Source of the DNA: a virus
DNA: 64,000 bases
Virus record (IMG/VR): IMGVR_UViG_3300044993_000080
Coordinates: 20,417 to 84,416 of that record
Direction: 5' to 3' (one strand)
Below, in pieces: positions 9,477 to 20,043 of the stretch. Numbering within the stretch: the stretch's first letter is position 1; every line of letters starts with the position of its first letter. A model generated the notes under the pieces. It had not been told where the DNA came from and ran no database searches. It saw only the letters and a list, made by a program, of their open reading frames with translations. The translations under genes were made by a program, and so were the position numbers.

Positions 9477-10193
9477 TTATGGGTGGTGTCGGGTTTGACC
9501 CACTCCGGGTGCTTCGCCCTCTTCCATCTTGAGAGAGCCTTCATTCCAGCCTACCGGCCATCTAAAGGTGTCACTGTTGACGCCCCAGAGGTGGTATTGG
9601 TTAGCTGTATCCACCACGCGATCCTCGCATGGGTAGAGTTCGACGGCCTCGCAGTTCGGGCCTAGCAGTTCGTTCTTGATGCGCTGCATGTCCGCCCAGT
9701 GGGCGCGCAACGGCTTCTGGTCGTGGCGCTTGATTGACAGGTGCACCATCTCGATCACGCCACCTTCACCATCCATGGTGAGAGTGCGCCGGACCGCCAC
9801 GTGATACCGGGAATTGATGTAGTGCTCGTCTTCCATAGTCGTGAGGTAGATCGCGCGCATCTCTTCCATGGTCTTGCCGGACTTGGCACCTAGAATGCGA
9901 AAGCGCTCTTCCGCTCCGGCGGTGAAGAGCTGGCGCAGGTCTACGTCTGCGGGCTTGAATGGCGTCCATTCCGGGTCCGCGTCGAGCCGCCGCAGCCGCT
10001 CTCGGTAGAGGTCGTCGAGTATCCGCTCGTAATCCTGTGCCGGGCGCTGGCCAATCTCCGCGACGGCATACTTGAAGTCCTCGACCATCTCGGGGATATT
10101 CGAGTGCAGTCCGGCCACTACCGCCATAACACGGTCGATCTTTTCTTTCAGGTCTGCGTCGGTGAGCCCGCGCAAAATTTCGGGAGTAATCAC
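9477..10193 (-). CDS. Hypothetical phage protein
   Basis: HLSIKR..W.DMQRIKNEL.G...EAVELYP...HLW motif; coupled start/stop. Confidence 0.7.
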   Translation of the reverse strand: MITPEILRGLTDADLKEKIDRVMAVVAGLHSNIPEMVEDFKYAVAEIGQRPAQDYERILDDLYRERLRRLDADPEWTPFKPADVDLRQLFTAGAEERFRILGAKSGKTMEEMRAIYLTTMEDEHYINSRYHVAVRRTLTMDGEGGVIEMVHLSIKRHDQKPLRAHWADMQRIKNELLGPNCEAVELYPCEDRVVDTANQYHLWGVNSDTFRWPVGWNEGSLKMEEGEAPGVGQTRHHP

Positions 10194-10984
10194 AGCCTAA
10201 CCACCCTTCGTTTCGTATATGAGGTCGCGGAACCGGACGGTGCTTTGGGTTGCTTAGTTGCAACCGGGTGCAGCGCCACGGGCGGGTCATCATGGCCGTA
10301 GCCCAGCCGGGTCGCCCTGCGCGGAAGGTAAGGCTCCGGGCCGACCTGCGAACGATCCCAGTTGGCGTAGTGTGCACGGGACCACGTGTCTTCGGGATCA
10401 GCTTCAGCGCGGGCCTTGTCGCGCTCCAGCGCGACCATCAAAAGGTGAAGGCGAGGCACTTGACCCTCCGCCATGCTTTCGCGGCAAGCCCCCGCGTCAG
10501 TCCACCACGTGCCGCCTGCGAACAGGTAGAGGTATTCGCACCACGTCTCATTGTAGGCGTCCCAGAGGTCTGCGAAACTGGCATAGCTGCCCATCATGCG
10601 CTCGTAATCGCCTCTGTCCCGCCCGTAGAAACGACACATGCGGCTCTCAGGCATGGCGCTGATCTGGGCAAGCTCGTAGATAACGCGGCTGGGCTTGCCG
10701 TCTGTGTCGAGATACTGGCCCTTCTCTTCCAGAGACAGGGCGTCGAACTCGGCTCTGAAGTTACGCTTGATGTTAAAGCGCCACTCGAAGTCGTGCTTGA
10801 CGCCGATCACCTCACCCAACGATGACATATCACCGTGCCGGAACAGGTGCCGCGCGCCGTTGAAGCCGTGGTAATACTTCATCAGATACACGCCGTTGTA
10901 GGGCAGGTATCCGTCGCTGTGGCAATAGATCGCGTCGTAATGACCGTCCGGCTGGCGGATGGCTAGGCAACTGCGGGTGCTCAT
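10190..10984 (-). CDS. Hypothetical phage protein
   Basis: MSTRS...IYCHSDGY N-terminus; follows a promoter cassette (-35 at 11039-11034). Confidence 0.7.
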   Translation of the reverse strand: MSTRSCLAIRQPDGHYDAIYCHSDGYLPYNGVYLMKYYHGFNGARHLFRHGDMSSLGEVIGVKHDFEWRFNIKRNFRAEFDALSLEEKGQYLDTDGKPSRVIYELAQISAMPESRMCRFYGRDRGDYERMMGSYASFADLWDAYNETWCEYLYLFAGGTWWTDAGACRESMAEGQVPRLHLLMVALERDKARAEADPEDTWSRAHYANWDRSQVGPEPYLPRRATRLGYGHDDPPVALHPVATKQPKAPSGSATSYTKRRVVRL

Positions 10985-11035
10985 AATCAACTTCCTCTCG
11001 ACTAGGCGAGACTATGGCCTAGGCAAGATTTGTTG

Positions 11036-11605
11036 TCAAGCGATTTTTCGCAGTTTGTCCTTGTAATGTATCTCGATCTGAAGGGCGCTTTCCATGTAGA
11101 ACGGCCCCACACTGGTCGTAAAGTCCATTACGATTCTGCCGCCCACGATCTGGGTGATGCACTTCTGGGTCGCGTTGAGTTCATTGAAGTGCTCGATGAT
11201 GTGCTGCTCCAGTTCGAGATAACACTCGTCATCCATGAGCGCCCATTTAAGCAAAGTGCGCAGCGTGTATTCGTAAAAGAAGGCCGGGGCGGCATAGACG
11301 GGTAAGGCCCATTTGCGATCACCTGATCGGACCTTCCCATATTCCTCGACTACGCACTTGATCGTAGGCGAAAGCTCTTTCTTGTAGCGCGGGTCCAGCA
11401 CGACCGGGACTGGTAGTCTCGGGTCAGCGTAGCCCGCCTCTCGATACATAGTCCTGCCTGCCCCAGCAGGGACCCAATGCGCGTGATCCTCTAACGGTTG
11501 CTGACGTGCGGGCGGAATGACTGAGACTGGGGCCGGACGGCTACGAGCGCGCGGCGCTAAAGTGACGGGTGGGCGTGAGCGCGGCGGAGGTGAAACAACT
11601 GTCAT
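11036..11605 (-). CDS. Hypothetical protein
   Basis: GAGGAG RBS; promoter -35 at 11657-11652; Pro/Arg-rich N-terminus. Confidence 0.65.
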   Translation of the reverse strand: MTVVSPPPRSRPPVTLAPRARSRPAPVSVIPPARQQPLEDHAHWVPAGAGRTMYREAGYADPRLPVPVVLDPRYKKELSPTIKCVVEEYGKVRSGDRKWALPVYAAPAFFYEYTLRTLLKWALMDDECYLELEQHIIEHFNELNATQKCITQIVGGRIVMDFTTSVGPFYMESALQIEIHYKDKLRKIA

Positions 11606-11664
11606 GGGGCTCCTCTTTGTGAGTGCCCATAGTAAAGTAACCGGGATTTTACGTCAAGCGAAAC

Positions 11665-12066
11665 TTAGAGCAGACTGATGTTCCTGCACGCCTTGATTTT
11701 GAAGATCGAGTAATAGAGACCAACAAAACAAACGATCATAACGACCGCAAGCGGGACAAGACACAGCCCCAAGATGAACGGCTTGACGTAGGGCATGAGG
11801 TTGTCCAGCGTGTGAAACAAACTCAATGCTACGGCGGGTATAATCACCGTGGAAAGCGATGACAGCATGAACAGGATGAAGCGCCCTTGCCACGTCATAA
11901 AGATGTGACCCCCACGGACACAGAACCCTTGGGCTTTGCACTCTTTGCAGATGTTTCGCGCCTCTCCAATCTCGCGCTCCAATAACTGCATTACACTCGC
12001 CACCTTGGGTGTGGCCAAAACGGCCAAGCTGGGTAGTTTAATGAACCTCGACGCAATAATTGTCAA
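11665..12066 (-). CDS. Small two-TM membrane protein, lower GC
   Basis: Two hydrophobic segments, a CKEC motif and AT-richer codons than its neighbours. Confidence 0.55.
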   Translation of the reverse strand: MTIIASRFIKLPSLAVLATPKVASVMQLLEREIGEARNICKECKAQGFCVRGGHIFMTWQGRFILFMLSSLSTVIIPAVALSLFHTLDNLMPYVKPFILGLCLVPLAVVMIVCFVGLYYSIFKIKACRNISLL

Positions 12067-12137
12067 GTGCCTCAGGTTATGGCCACAGCCCTTGCAATAG
12101 CAACGGGTTGCAAATTACGGGTTCGTAAATCTTGGTC

Positions 12138-12485
12138 TCAATCACGGTCTTTCGGTTCCTCAATAAAGACTTCTGGGGTTCCGATTACCGCCCCTGTCGC
12201 CGCCGCAAAAGCGGTGACTGCTTCTTCCATGAGGAAAAGGATCGTGGCCCCGATGTCCGGTTGTCCGTCCGGAGCGATCTGGTTTGCGACCTGCTCCGAG
12301 GTAAAGCCCCGTGCTTCACCTACGAATATAGCTGCGGTGCGCAGCCGCTCCTCGCTAGTGATACTGATGTCCACCACGTAGGTGGCGATTGTGGCAGGCC
12401 CAGATACGACAATCGGGCGGGACCGCGCCCTGACTGCCACAGGCGTTGTCGCCCTCGCTGCACTGTGCTTTGCTTTGATGGTCAT
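12138..12485 (-). CDS. Hypothetical protein
   Basis: Operon-packed ORF. Confidence 0.6.
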   Translation of the reverse strand: MTIKAKHSAARATTPVAVRARSRPIVVSGPATIATYVVDISITSEERLRTAAIFVGEARGFTSEQVANQIAPDGQPDIGATILFLMEEAVTAFAAATGAVIGTPEVFIEEPKDRD

Positions 12486-12491
12486 ACATCA

Positions 12492-13241
12492 TCACCCCGT
12501 GTAGTATTTGCCGCCACTCCAGCGCTCCACAGTGCCGTCAGCCAACACCCGTTCGTAAAACTGGCCATCGTCGTCTAGTTCCCACTGCGACGCGTCCCGG
12601 ATGGCGGCCATGGCGAGCACCGCTGCGCGGTCTACCTCACCGGGCTCCAGCGCTTCCGCATATGCGTCCATGCCATCAGTCAGCGCCTTGCGCGGCATCA
12701 TCTCGCCAAAGGCTAAGAGGTTAGGGGTCCCGTGCTCTCTAAACCATGCAAGGTGGTTGGCGAGCGGTATGCTGATCCCCATGTAAACACACCGGGCACG
12801 GTATCCGGGAATGAGGTCACTCTCGGTCATGCTGTTGACGATAGACAGCCATGTCGGGTCTGACACTGATCCGTCAGGGTGCGTTACCCAAGCGTGATGC
12901 GTGGGCACCGACTGCTCCATACAGGCCCACCCCTCAGTGTATCGAAGCTCGCGGTGCTCAAGCGCCAACTGCATAGCGTTGGCAAAACAGTTGCCCGCTT
13001 TCATCTCCGGAAACGCGGACGCTGTGATTAACGCGGGTTTGGCTGTCGTGTTGAATAACACCATCTCCTCGGTGCACGAGTAGCGAAGCCGGAACGGCGG
13101 TGGCTGCCTCTGCACCATCTTGCGGCGCAACCACGTAGCTGCGGCAAGCTCCAACTTCAGAAACCGCACCAACAACTCCATGCGGTCTTCGGGCGGGGCA
13201 GTGAAGACCGAAGCATAATGCCGGAGCCCAGCGCCAATCAC
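12492..13241 (-). CDS. Hypothetical protein, possibly a transglutaminase-like fold
   Basis: GNCFANA, HHAWV and DPTW give a Cys-His-Asp arrangement. Confidence 0.5.
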   Translation of the reverse strand: MIGAGLRHYASVFTAPPEDRMELLVRFLKLELAAATWLRRKMVQRQPPPFRLRYSCTEEMVLFNTTAKPALITASAFPEMKAGNCFANAMQLALEHRELRYTEGWACMEQSVPTHHAWVTHPDGSVSDPTWLSIVNSMTESDLIPGYRARCVYMGISIPLANHLAWFREHGTPNLLAFGEMMPRKALTDGMDAYAEALEPGEVDRAAVLAMAAIRDASQWELDDDGQFYERVLADGTVERWSGGKYYTG

Positions 13242-13546
13242 GATCTCTTCACCAGCTTGACGCGGGCACCGCCGGTATAGGTGTAGGTCTTCTCAACTAC
13301 CCAGTCGTCGCCTGTGTGCTCCGACAGGATGTCGGCGACTTTGCGCGGCGTGAGCTTCGAGTGCTTCGCCAGTTCGGCGTGCGAAAACTCGATCTCGCGG
13401 ATCGCTACACTGGTATACATCAGGACGGTAACGTCCAGCCCGTGCGCGTCGCGGTAGTGAGCGATGATCTCGGCGGCCTCACGGTCACGCGCCTCCTCCA
13501 TCATCGCCTCTTCACGGTCTTCGTCGTATGTCCGGTCACAGTCCAT
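13238..13546 (-). CDS. Hypothetical protein
   Basis: Follows a promoter cassette (-35 at 13598-13593) and a GTCGAGAGGAGA leader. Confidence 0.65.
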   Translation of the reverse strand: MDCDRTYDEDREEAMMEEARDREAAEIIAHYRDAHGLDVTVLMYTSVAIREIEFSHAELAKHSKLTPRKVADILSEHTGDDWVVEKTYTYTGGARVKLVKRS

Positions 13547-13621
13547 TTTAGTCTCCTCTCGACATAAGAGGAATGGCATAGCCCGGATTTTATGTCAAGC
13601 AAAAGCTGTGGAAAACTACCG

Positions 13622-14008
13622 CTAATGCAGCGCCTCTCGGAGCAAACGAACCGCATGGTCCAACGTGTCTTCGTAGTCCCACCCCTCGATCTCGGTAAGA
13701 TGGTAGAACACGTCATCAGGCGAGTGGCACGACTGACCGCCGAACCATTCCTTGCACCGCTCGCAAGCAAGTAGCAGACCCTCCGAAGTCAGGCGGTGGT
13801 AGCCGTGAACGGATAACCGGATCATCTTGTCCGGCAAGACAAGTATGTTGGGGCTCGGTGCGTTCAGAAGATGACGAGGCATAGGGCGAATATTACCATC
13901 CACATCGCCAATGACGCCCCGAATATGACCCTGCCCCTGATATACAGCGGGTATTTCTTCATCTGCGACTTCGGGCAGTCTTCGCGCATGGGCCGCGTCC
14001 TTCTTCAT
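13622..14008 (-). CDS. Hypothetical protein
   Basis: ATGA overlap with the upstream gene. Confidence 0.55.
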   Translation of the reverse strand: MKKDAAHARRLPEVADEEIPAVYQGQGHIRGVIGDVDGNIRPMPRHLLNAPSPNILVLPDKMIRLSVHGYHRLTSEGLLLACERCKEWFGGQSCHSPDDVFYHLTEIEGWDYEDTLDHAVRLLREALH

Positions 14009-14517
14009 GCAATCCTGCTGTCGATAGGGTTGATATGTTGGTTATTGAGCCGTTCCCGCTCAAAGTCGTTCAACTCCTGTGGGATGTCGATCAAATAGGG
14101 CTCCCAAAGCTCGGGCGGTAGCTCGTAAGCCGGAAGGTGCGTCCAGCCCCAGTAAGCGGCCCGGGTGTAGCGGTGGATGCCGTCAATGATAAGGTGCTCG
14201 TCTGGTGTGTCGATACCAACGCCGGGCATGTGCGCGAGCAAGATCGGGTAGTTGCACACATCGTGCGCAGTGATGCGGTTCCAGCGGTGCGCCTCGATCC
14301 CACGATGCTGCATGGCGAACATGGTGAATGCCAGATCAATCGGGCACTGGATAATCGGAGGCGGTGCAGCCATCTTGGCGATTGCGTTATTGATGCGCTC
14401 GACCGCGAAGTGCCGGACTACGCCCGTCTTGTTGTCCACGTGGCTGAACACAACCTCACCCCGCACAGGGACGCCCTGTTCGTCGAACTCAAGGTCCAAT
14501 TCCCACCAGCGGATCAT
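14005..14517 (-). CDS. ParB/Sulfiredoxin-like domain protein
   Basis: YPILL...LIIDGIHR motif. Confidence 0.55.
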   Translation of the reverse strand: MIRWWELDLEFDEQGVPVRGEVVFSHVDNKTGVVRHFAVERINNAIAKMAAPPPIIQCPIDLAFTMFAMQHRGIEAHRWNRITAHDVCNYPILLAHMPGVGIDTPDEHLIIDGIHRYTRAAYWGWTHLPAYELPPELWEPYLIDIPQELNDFERERLNNQHINPIDSRIA

Positions 14518-14699
14518 GTGCGCACCGGTCGAAGATCGCCGCACAGTCGGCGCATAGCAAATTGAATGAACGCACGCTTCTCAGGGTTCGTCTCGGCCTC
14601 AAGCTCGACACGATAGCGTTCATAGCCTTCCAGTCGGCGCTGACGCTCCTGTTGGTTTTCGACCGGCTGTTGGGTCCCGTAGTTTCGAATGACGACCAT
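14514..14699 (-). CDS. Small hypothetical protein
   Basis: Follows a promoter cassette (-35 at 14753-14748) and an ATCGAAAGGGAGA leader. Confidence 0.6.
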   Translation of the reverse strand: MVVIRNYGTQQPVENQQERQRRLEGYERYRVELEAETNPEKRAFIQFAMRRLCGDLRPVRT

Positions 14700-15144
14700 G
14701 TCAGTTCTCCCTTTCGATAAGTGAAGACTGCCATAGGCTAGATTTGTTGTCAAGCGCCACGGTCTGGCTCGTCGAAAATGAGCGCCCGTGACGGGCGCGC
14801 TGCAATAGGTTGCAAGCACTTGGGTTCGACCTTCGGCGCGAAGGGCGTCCTTCGCCGCTTCGTCTGGTTTGGCGGGTCATTGGGTATCATGCGCCCATCA
14901 GGTGTGGGTGCTGATGCTCGACATCTCGGCGTTGCGATGTTGATTGCGGCTGGGTGGTGGCGCGGTCGCCTGCGTAGGCTCGCTCGGGCAACTCACGGGC
15001 GATCTCTCGCGGGTGTAGCCTAGCTCACGCCCTGCCTCTTCCATCAGGATCAGGACACGCCGGGTGGTGCGTGGGTTTGCGAGGCTTGCGGGGATCGATA
15101 CCAGACCCGGCATCACGCCACAACCTAGTTTTGATGCCAAGCCG

Positions 15145-15555
15145 TCACTCGGCGATGGGCGCGCGGGTCTTCTGGAGCCGGGCGTAGTTGGCCGCCCCGG
15201 TGTGGCCGCTGATGTAGGCGTCCTTGGCTGTGGTTTTGGCTGGGTCGCCACGATACTCGGCGCGGTTGTCCTCGCCCTTCTCGTAGTCCTCCCACCCGCG
15301 CCTGAAGTCGGTATTCCATCCACCCTTGTTAACCGGGCCTGCCGTGGTCTGCTCGATCTCGGGCTTGGGCGACTTGACGGGCTCCGGAGCAGGCTCGGGC
15401 TCTACCTTAACGACAGGTGCGGCCTCGGACGTTACAGGCGAGAGTTCCTTGGTCTTCGGCTTGGATGTGCGTTTGGGTGCGGATGTCTTTGCTGAGGCGG
15501 TCGCTGCCGTCTCGGTCTTCTGGGTCCGGGCGGGTGGGTTGGGTGCGTCCGACAT
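15145..15555 (-). CDS. Hypothetical Ala/Pro/Lys-rich protein
   Basis: GGAGG RBS; MSDAPNPPART N-terminus. Confidence 0.6.
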   Translation of the reverse strand: MSDAPNPPARTQKTETAATASAKTSAPKRTSKPKTKELSPVTSEAAPVVKVEPEPAPEPVKSPKPEIEQTTAGPVNKGGWNTDFRRGWEDYEKGEDNRAEYRGDPAKTTAKDAYISGHTGAANYARLQKTRAPIAE

Positions 15556-15807
15556 GGTGGCCTCCGTTGCAATGAGGGCACCACCCTTACGCCTGCTGGG
15601 TTTTATGGTCAAGCAATGTTCCGGGCCTGACCCTCTTTCTGACGCGCGGCCCACGCCAACGCGGCGGCGCTCGGTTTGCCTGCCGCGTTGGCGGCTTCGA
15701 GCGATGCCAGTAATTGCTTGGCGAGCCGCTTGCCCTCGGGCAACTGGATCACCATCCAACATGGCTGCGTCTTGCCCCGGTGCTCAGCGGTGGTCTCTAT
15801 ACGGAAC

Positions 15808-16584
15808 TCAAGCCCGCCGTGCCTCGATCTGCCCATTAGCACTGGCTGCAACTGCCCGATGCCTTCGAATATCCGGCAGTGCCCAATCTTGGTCCTGCGA
15901 GATAGACGCAATAATCGGTATGGGTCGTTGCAACGGGTTGCAGCCAATCGCTTCCTCGGGCTTTCCATAGTTGTCCTCTAACCAGTGGTTCCAAAAGTCC
16001 TTCGGCATGAAAGGCCGATACCATTCCGGGGGATCGAAACGTGGGTGCGCAACAGGTAACAGGCCGTCGCTGCTTGGTGGTGGCTCTTCGTAGCCGAGAT
16101 GGACCAGCTTCCAGTAAAGCCGCTGGTTGCTGTTCTGCTGCGCTTTCTGGGCGCGGCGGGTAGCGTGGTAGCGGACGTTTCTCTCTGCCACGTTGTCGGC
16201 CATCGACTGAGGCCTGACGTGCTCGATACATAATGAGTTGGGGTTGCCGTCCGGGGTGTGAGGACAGTAATGCCCTGCTGTGTCTGTGCCGAGGTCGAAC
16301 CCGTGAATATAGACGGCGCTCCAACGGTGAGCGAACCATCTGCGACCCTCGAACCAGAACGCGCCGTAGCGGGTATTGCAGCCTTGGCCTGATGTGGTGC
16401 CGCCCGTCCAGACGACGCATCCGGTCTCGGGTTCGAAGCGGCACTTAGACGCAAAACGCTCCAGTGCTGTCTTCGGTTTGCGACCCGCTGGTTCTTCGTA
16501 GCTGCCTGCTTGGGCTCGCGCTTGAAGAACTTCGCGCTCGGCTCCCCGACCGTCACAACCGCGCATTGCGTATCCACACCACAT
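15808..16584 (-). CDS. HNH endonuclease-like protein
   Basis: C..WTG..YG.F...AHR...H.C...N.LC..H.......N pattern; start uncertain. Confidence 0.7.
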   Translation of the reverse strand: MWCGYAMRGCDGRGAEREVLQARAQAGSYEEPAGRKPKTALERFASKCRFEPETGCVVWTGGTTSGQGCNTRYGAFWFEGRRWFAHRWSAVYIHGFDLGTDTAGHYCPHTPDGNPNSLCIEHVRPQSMADNVAERNVRYHATRRAQKAQQNSNQRLYWKLVHLGYEEPPPSSDGLLPVAHPRFDPPEWYRPFMPKDFWNHWLEDNYGKPEEAIGCNPLQRPIPIIASISQDQDWALPDIRRHRAVAASANGQIEARRA

Positions 16585-16781
16585 CGGAGTTTGTCATAGA
16601 ACACCCCATAGCTGATCCGATAGAATTGACTGCGCTTATAGTAGTAGCAGTCGCAGTTAGTCCAAGAATAAGTACTTGCTGCAAATTATGACACATCCTT
16701 TCTATACTGTCAACATGACATGAACGACTTTCATTGTCAAGCACCACTGCAACCCGTCGCAACGACCTACTCTTCGTTTTA

Positions 16782-17345
16782 TTAGGGTTGTAATGAGCGA
16801 GCGCGGCGCTCGAAATCGTATGCCTTGGTCTCGATGTGGGTCAGGACATCCGGGTTCCAGATGCAGCCACTGGCGCAATCCCACCCGTAATACCAGTTGC
16901 TAATCTGGTTGGTGATGTCACCCATCCCGCCCAGTCGGCAAGACCAGAAGTAATGGGCGATGACGATCCCGCCGAAGTCGCGGGCAACCCGGTCCCACTC
17001 TATGTTGTAGCGGGCGAACCGCGAGGAAAGCCGCACGTCCCTCGCATACTCGCGGTGGAAGGCGCACATCTCATCAAACTGGGTGATGAGCTTCACGCCG
17101 GACGTGTCGAGTTCGTAGGTGTGCACGAACTTCAGGCTGTCCAGTCCCCACCCCTCACTCTTGCACCATGTCGGCCAGTCGTGGTTGCTGTCCGGCACGC
17201 TGATCCACCCGCCCATGGGCTTACCCACTGGAGCCTCGCGCCCGTCTGGCAAGAAGTATCCACCTCCCTGTGGTTGCTGCTCCGGGGTGTAGCGCCGCTC
17301 CTCCCAATCGTAGGTCTCGGCCTTGGTGTATTTCTCGACAATCAC
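16782..17345 (-). CDS. Hypothetical phage protein
   Basis: KPMGGWIS and WYYGWDCASGCIW motifs. Confidence 0.65.
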   Translation of the reverse strand: MIVEKYTKAETYDWEERRYTPEQQPQGGGYFLPDGREAPVGKPMGGWISVPDSNHDWPTWCKSEGWGLDSLKFVHTYELDTSGVKLITQFDEMCAFHREYARDVRLSSRFARYNIEWDRVARDFGGIVIAHYFWSCRLGGMGDITNQISNWYYGWDCASGCIWNPDVLTHIETKAYDFERRARSLQP

Positions 17346-17349
17346 GTAG

Positions 17350-19140
17350 TCAGCCTTTCACGTGGTAGTGGTGTTCGACCGGCTTGTTGGGGTCGCCCCG
17401 GCCATTCGGATAGGTGCGCCACGTGCGCTTCGCGCCACAGTTCAAGCACTCCCATTTGTTGGGTTCGAACTCGGTCCACCATTCGCCGCCCGGCCCGTGA
17501 TCGCACAGGCCCTTGGCTTTGACCTCCCGGTAGCGCTTGTCGTGCACGAAATGACCGCGCACGGTGTGCCAGCCGACGTGGCGCTTCTCGCGGTCCTCAT
17601 CGTGCTCTCGGCTGATAAGCTGGACGCCGGGAGCCCGGTCGAGGTCTATGGTGACGATGCGGTGGGCATGAAGCGGTCGCTTGCCTTTGTGTGTGGAGCG
17701 CCAACGCCGGGGCACGTCCGTGTATTTGATAGCCTGATTGCTCGGCGTGTTGATCGCCAATAGCAGCGCCACGATGAGCGGCACGTCCCCGGCGAAGTGC
17801 CCATAGTAGATTTGCGATAGCAAGGCGGCTCCACCAGGGCCGGACAGGACGCCGAACCCGTGCTGCGCTCTAAGAGACAAGGCCACGTTGTCGCCTGCGA
17901 GGTCGAGCAACGTCTTGCCCATGTAAAAGCGATTGAGGTCCGCCCGCGTGCCGTTGATGCGTTCGATCTCACGCGCCAGCTTGTCCTGCGACGGCACAGT
18001 GTTGAGTTCGTAGTAGATCGGGCTCCACACAGGCGGCAAGCCGGGCGCTTGGCTGGCAACATAAACCCGACCTCCGGTGAATAAGAACCCTATGCGCTCG
18101 TCTACGTCCGGGCCCGACTGAGCTTGATTGAGTCCGAAGTGGTCAGCCCATACGATACTCGGCAACTCGATCCAACACTGCTCGAAAGGTGGTCGGGCAA
18201 ACTCGGCGTTTTGCGCAAGCTGCTCCGGGAAGGCGCTAACCGCTTCTGCAACCCGTTGCACGGCTGCGCTGTCGAGCACCATCTTCTCGACGTGCTTCAG
18301 CGTGTTCGTGAGGCGCTTGATCGTCTGGCCGGTGATGACCCGCTTCTGGTGGACCGGCGAGTGCACGATCTCGTCTGCCAGTGTCGGCCACTTCCATAGC
18401 TCGCCCTCGCCTTGCACGGGAACGGACATCAGGCTTTCCACCACATCAGCCGGGACCGGCGTGCCGTTGGCGACGAAGCGCCCCAGCAAGTCCCCCATGA
18501 AGCGATGCAGCGATGGGGTGACGGGCTTGTTGGCCTCCATCCGCTGAATGAACTCGCCCAGCATGTCACGCTCGTGGCGTAGGCTGTCCAGCGTCGCGCC
18601 GGGCAAGGTCTCAAGCTCGAAACCAGAGAACACCTTGCGCACCTGATCTTTGAGCGCAACGGTGATGGCGTCGATCTGCGCCTGCTCGGCAGCATCAGCG
18701 TCCACGGTGATCTCGACTTTGGCTTCCCAGTTCTCGGCCTCCAGACGGGCAATCTCTTCGTCCGTGAGGGAGCCGGGGTCGGCGTGGATTTTGTTCTCGA
18801 TGTCCCGATACCACTTGTCCTCGTGGTAGGGCGGCGGCATCCCGGTATCGCCGTGCACCAGTCGCAGGAACTTGGTTCGCTGGATATTGTCGCGGTCGAT
18901 GACGATTTCTGCCAGTGGCCGGGGCGTGCCCCTCTCGTGCTTGGCGAGATACTTGGCCGCAGCGCGTGGCGACATTATCTTGAAGCTCGGCGGCCCGCCG
19001 CCCACGATCTCTGTCTTGGTCAAGTCCAACGTCTCGTCATCGTGTATGATGCGAGGCCCGCCCTTGGCGTTGACCAGCACCGCGACCTTGCCAGTCGAAG
19101 CTCGGCGCTGACGGCGTGTCAACGGATCGCCGTCTGTCAT
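17350..19140 (-). CDS. Hypothetical protein, 596 aa
   Basis: Long ORF; C-terminal WHTVRGH and Cys motifs. Confidence 0.7.
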   Translation of the reverse strand: MTDGDPLTRRQRRASTGKVAVLVNAKGGPRIIHDDETLDLTKTEIVGGGPPSFKIMSPRAAAKYLAKHERGTPRPLAEIVIDRDNIQRTKFLRLVHGDTGMPPPYHEDKWYRDIENKIHADPGSLTDEEIARLEAENWEAKVEITVDADAAEQAQIDAITVALKDQVRKVFSGFELETLPGATLDSLRHERDMLGEFIQRMEANKPVTPSLHRFMGDLLGRFVANGTPVPADVVESLMSVPVQGEGELWKWPTLADEIVHSPVHQKRVITGQTIKRLTNTLKHVEKMVLDSAAVQRVAEAVSAFPEQLAQNAEFARPPFEQCWIELPSIVWADHFGLNQAQSGPDVDERIGFLFTGGRVYVASQAPGLPPVWSPIYYELNTVPSQDKLAREIERINGTRADLNRFYMGKTLLDLAGDNVALSLRAQHGFGVLSGPGGAALLSQIYYGHFAGDVPLIVALLLAINTPSNQAIKYTDVPRRWRSTHKGKRPLHAHRIVTIDLDRAPGVQLISREHDEDREKRHVGWHTVRGHFVHDKRYREVKAKGLCDHGPGGEWWTEFEPNKWECLNCGAKRTWRTYPNGRGDPNKPVEHHYHVKG

Positions 19141-19373
19141 CTGAACACCTTGGTCTTGGTGTTCGGGTGCACGCTGGCATGTGTGTTCAAGAACTCGGAC
19201 AACTGAATATCGTTGACCGGCACGTCGAACTCATCAACGATCACCATGTTGTTGTCGCGCTTGCCGCACGCGGCGGCCTCTGCCAACCTGCGGTTGCTGT
19301 CGCTAAACCACGCGACAAGTGCGGGCTCACGCGGATCGCCGATGTAGATGTGGCGAATAAGTTTCCGTGGCAT
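19137..19373 (-). CDS. Small hypothetical protein
   Basis: Operon-packed ORF. Confidence 0.55.
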   Translation of the reverse strand: MPRKLIRHIYIGDPREPALVAWFSDSNRRLAEAAACGKRDNNMVIVDEFDVPVNDIQLSEFLNTHASVHPNTKTKVFR

Positions 19374-19374
19374 G

Positions 19375-20043
19375 TCAAGCTCCCCACCCGTAGGACTTCT
19401 CGCAGACCGGGCCGATGCCCTTGGCGACGCTCTTTGGGTCCGTCAATTCGCGCCCGCAACAGCAGCAGACACCAAACTGCTTGCCGTAGGCGATAGCGGC
19501 GGTGTGCGGGTCTGCGCAGACCTTCAGGATCGCCTGTTCGGTCTCTTCGTCGCACTCGCGGTAGCTGCGAACGAACCGCCCTTCGTGGACTTTGCCGTAA
19601 TAGGTCCCATCGTGACGGCTCTTGACATAGACCGCGCCGGGGTTGCGGCTGCGAACGCCAGCCGGGCTGAAGGCGAAGTCGGCGAACCGCAGCTTGGGAT
19701 ACTTGATCCCTGCGTCCTTGGCCTTGGCGAATGCGGTCTCCAGCGCCGTGACTGAACAGGACGGCGCGCTCGCTTCTATCTTGCGGATCGCGTGAGTGCG
19801 CTCGGCGTCCTTGCGGATGCAGTTGTGGATGGCTGCGACCTGCCTTTCGGTCAAACTCCCGTAGCGGTGAAGCCCGGCATTGAGACTGCACGCAAAATCG
19901 AAGCCACGGCGTGATTTCTCCTCGATCCACGCCCATTCAGTCGGGTGTGCGTCTTTCCACGCCTGCACGACTGCGTGATCGGCGTTGGCCGGACGTGCGG
20001 GTGATGCGTGTTTCTGGTAGAAGCGGTTCTGGTAGTAAGTCAT
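19375..20043 (-). CDS. DUF6011-like zinc-finger protein
   Basis: C-terminal C..CGRELTDPKS...GIGPVC; follows a promoter cassette. Confidence 0.75.
   Translation of the reverse strand: MTYYQNRFYQKHASPARPANADHAVVQAWKDAHPTEWAWIEEKSRRGFDFACSLNAGLHRYGSLTERQVAAIHNCIRKDAERTHAIRKIEASAPSCSVTALETAFAKAKDAGIKYPKLRFADFAFSPAGVRSRNPGAVYVKSRHDGTYYGKVHEGRFVRSYRECDEETEQAILKVCADPHTAAIAYGKQFGVCCCCGRELTDPKSVAKGIGPVCEKSYGWGA

Noticed and set aside
8293-9498. Long plus-strand ORFs (also 40348-41736, 48453-49325, 56286-57248, 59629-60849, 60141-61166)
   Set aside because: Antisense shadows of well-supported minus-strand genes in GC-rich DNA; no motifs or RBS.
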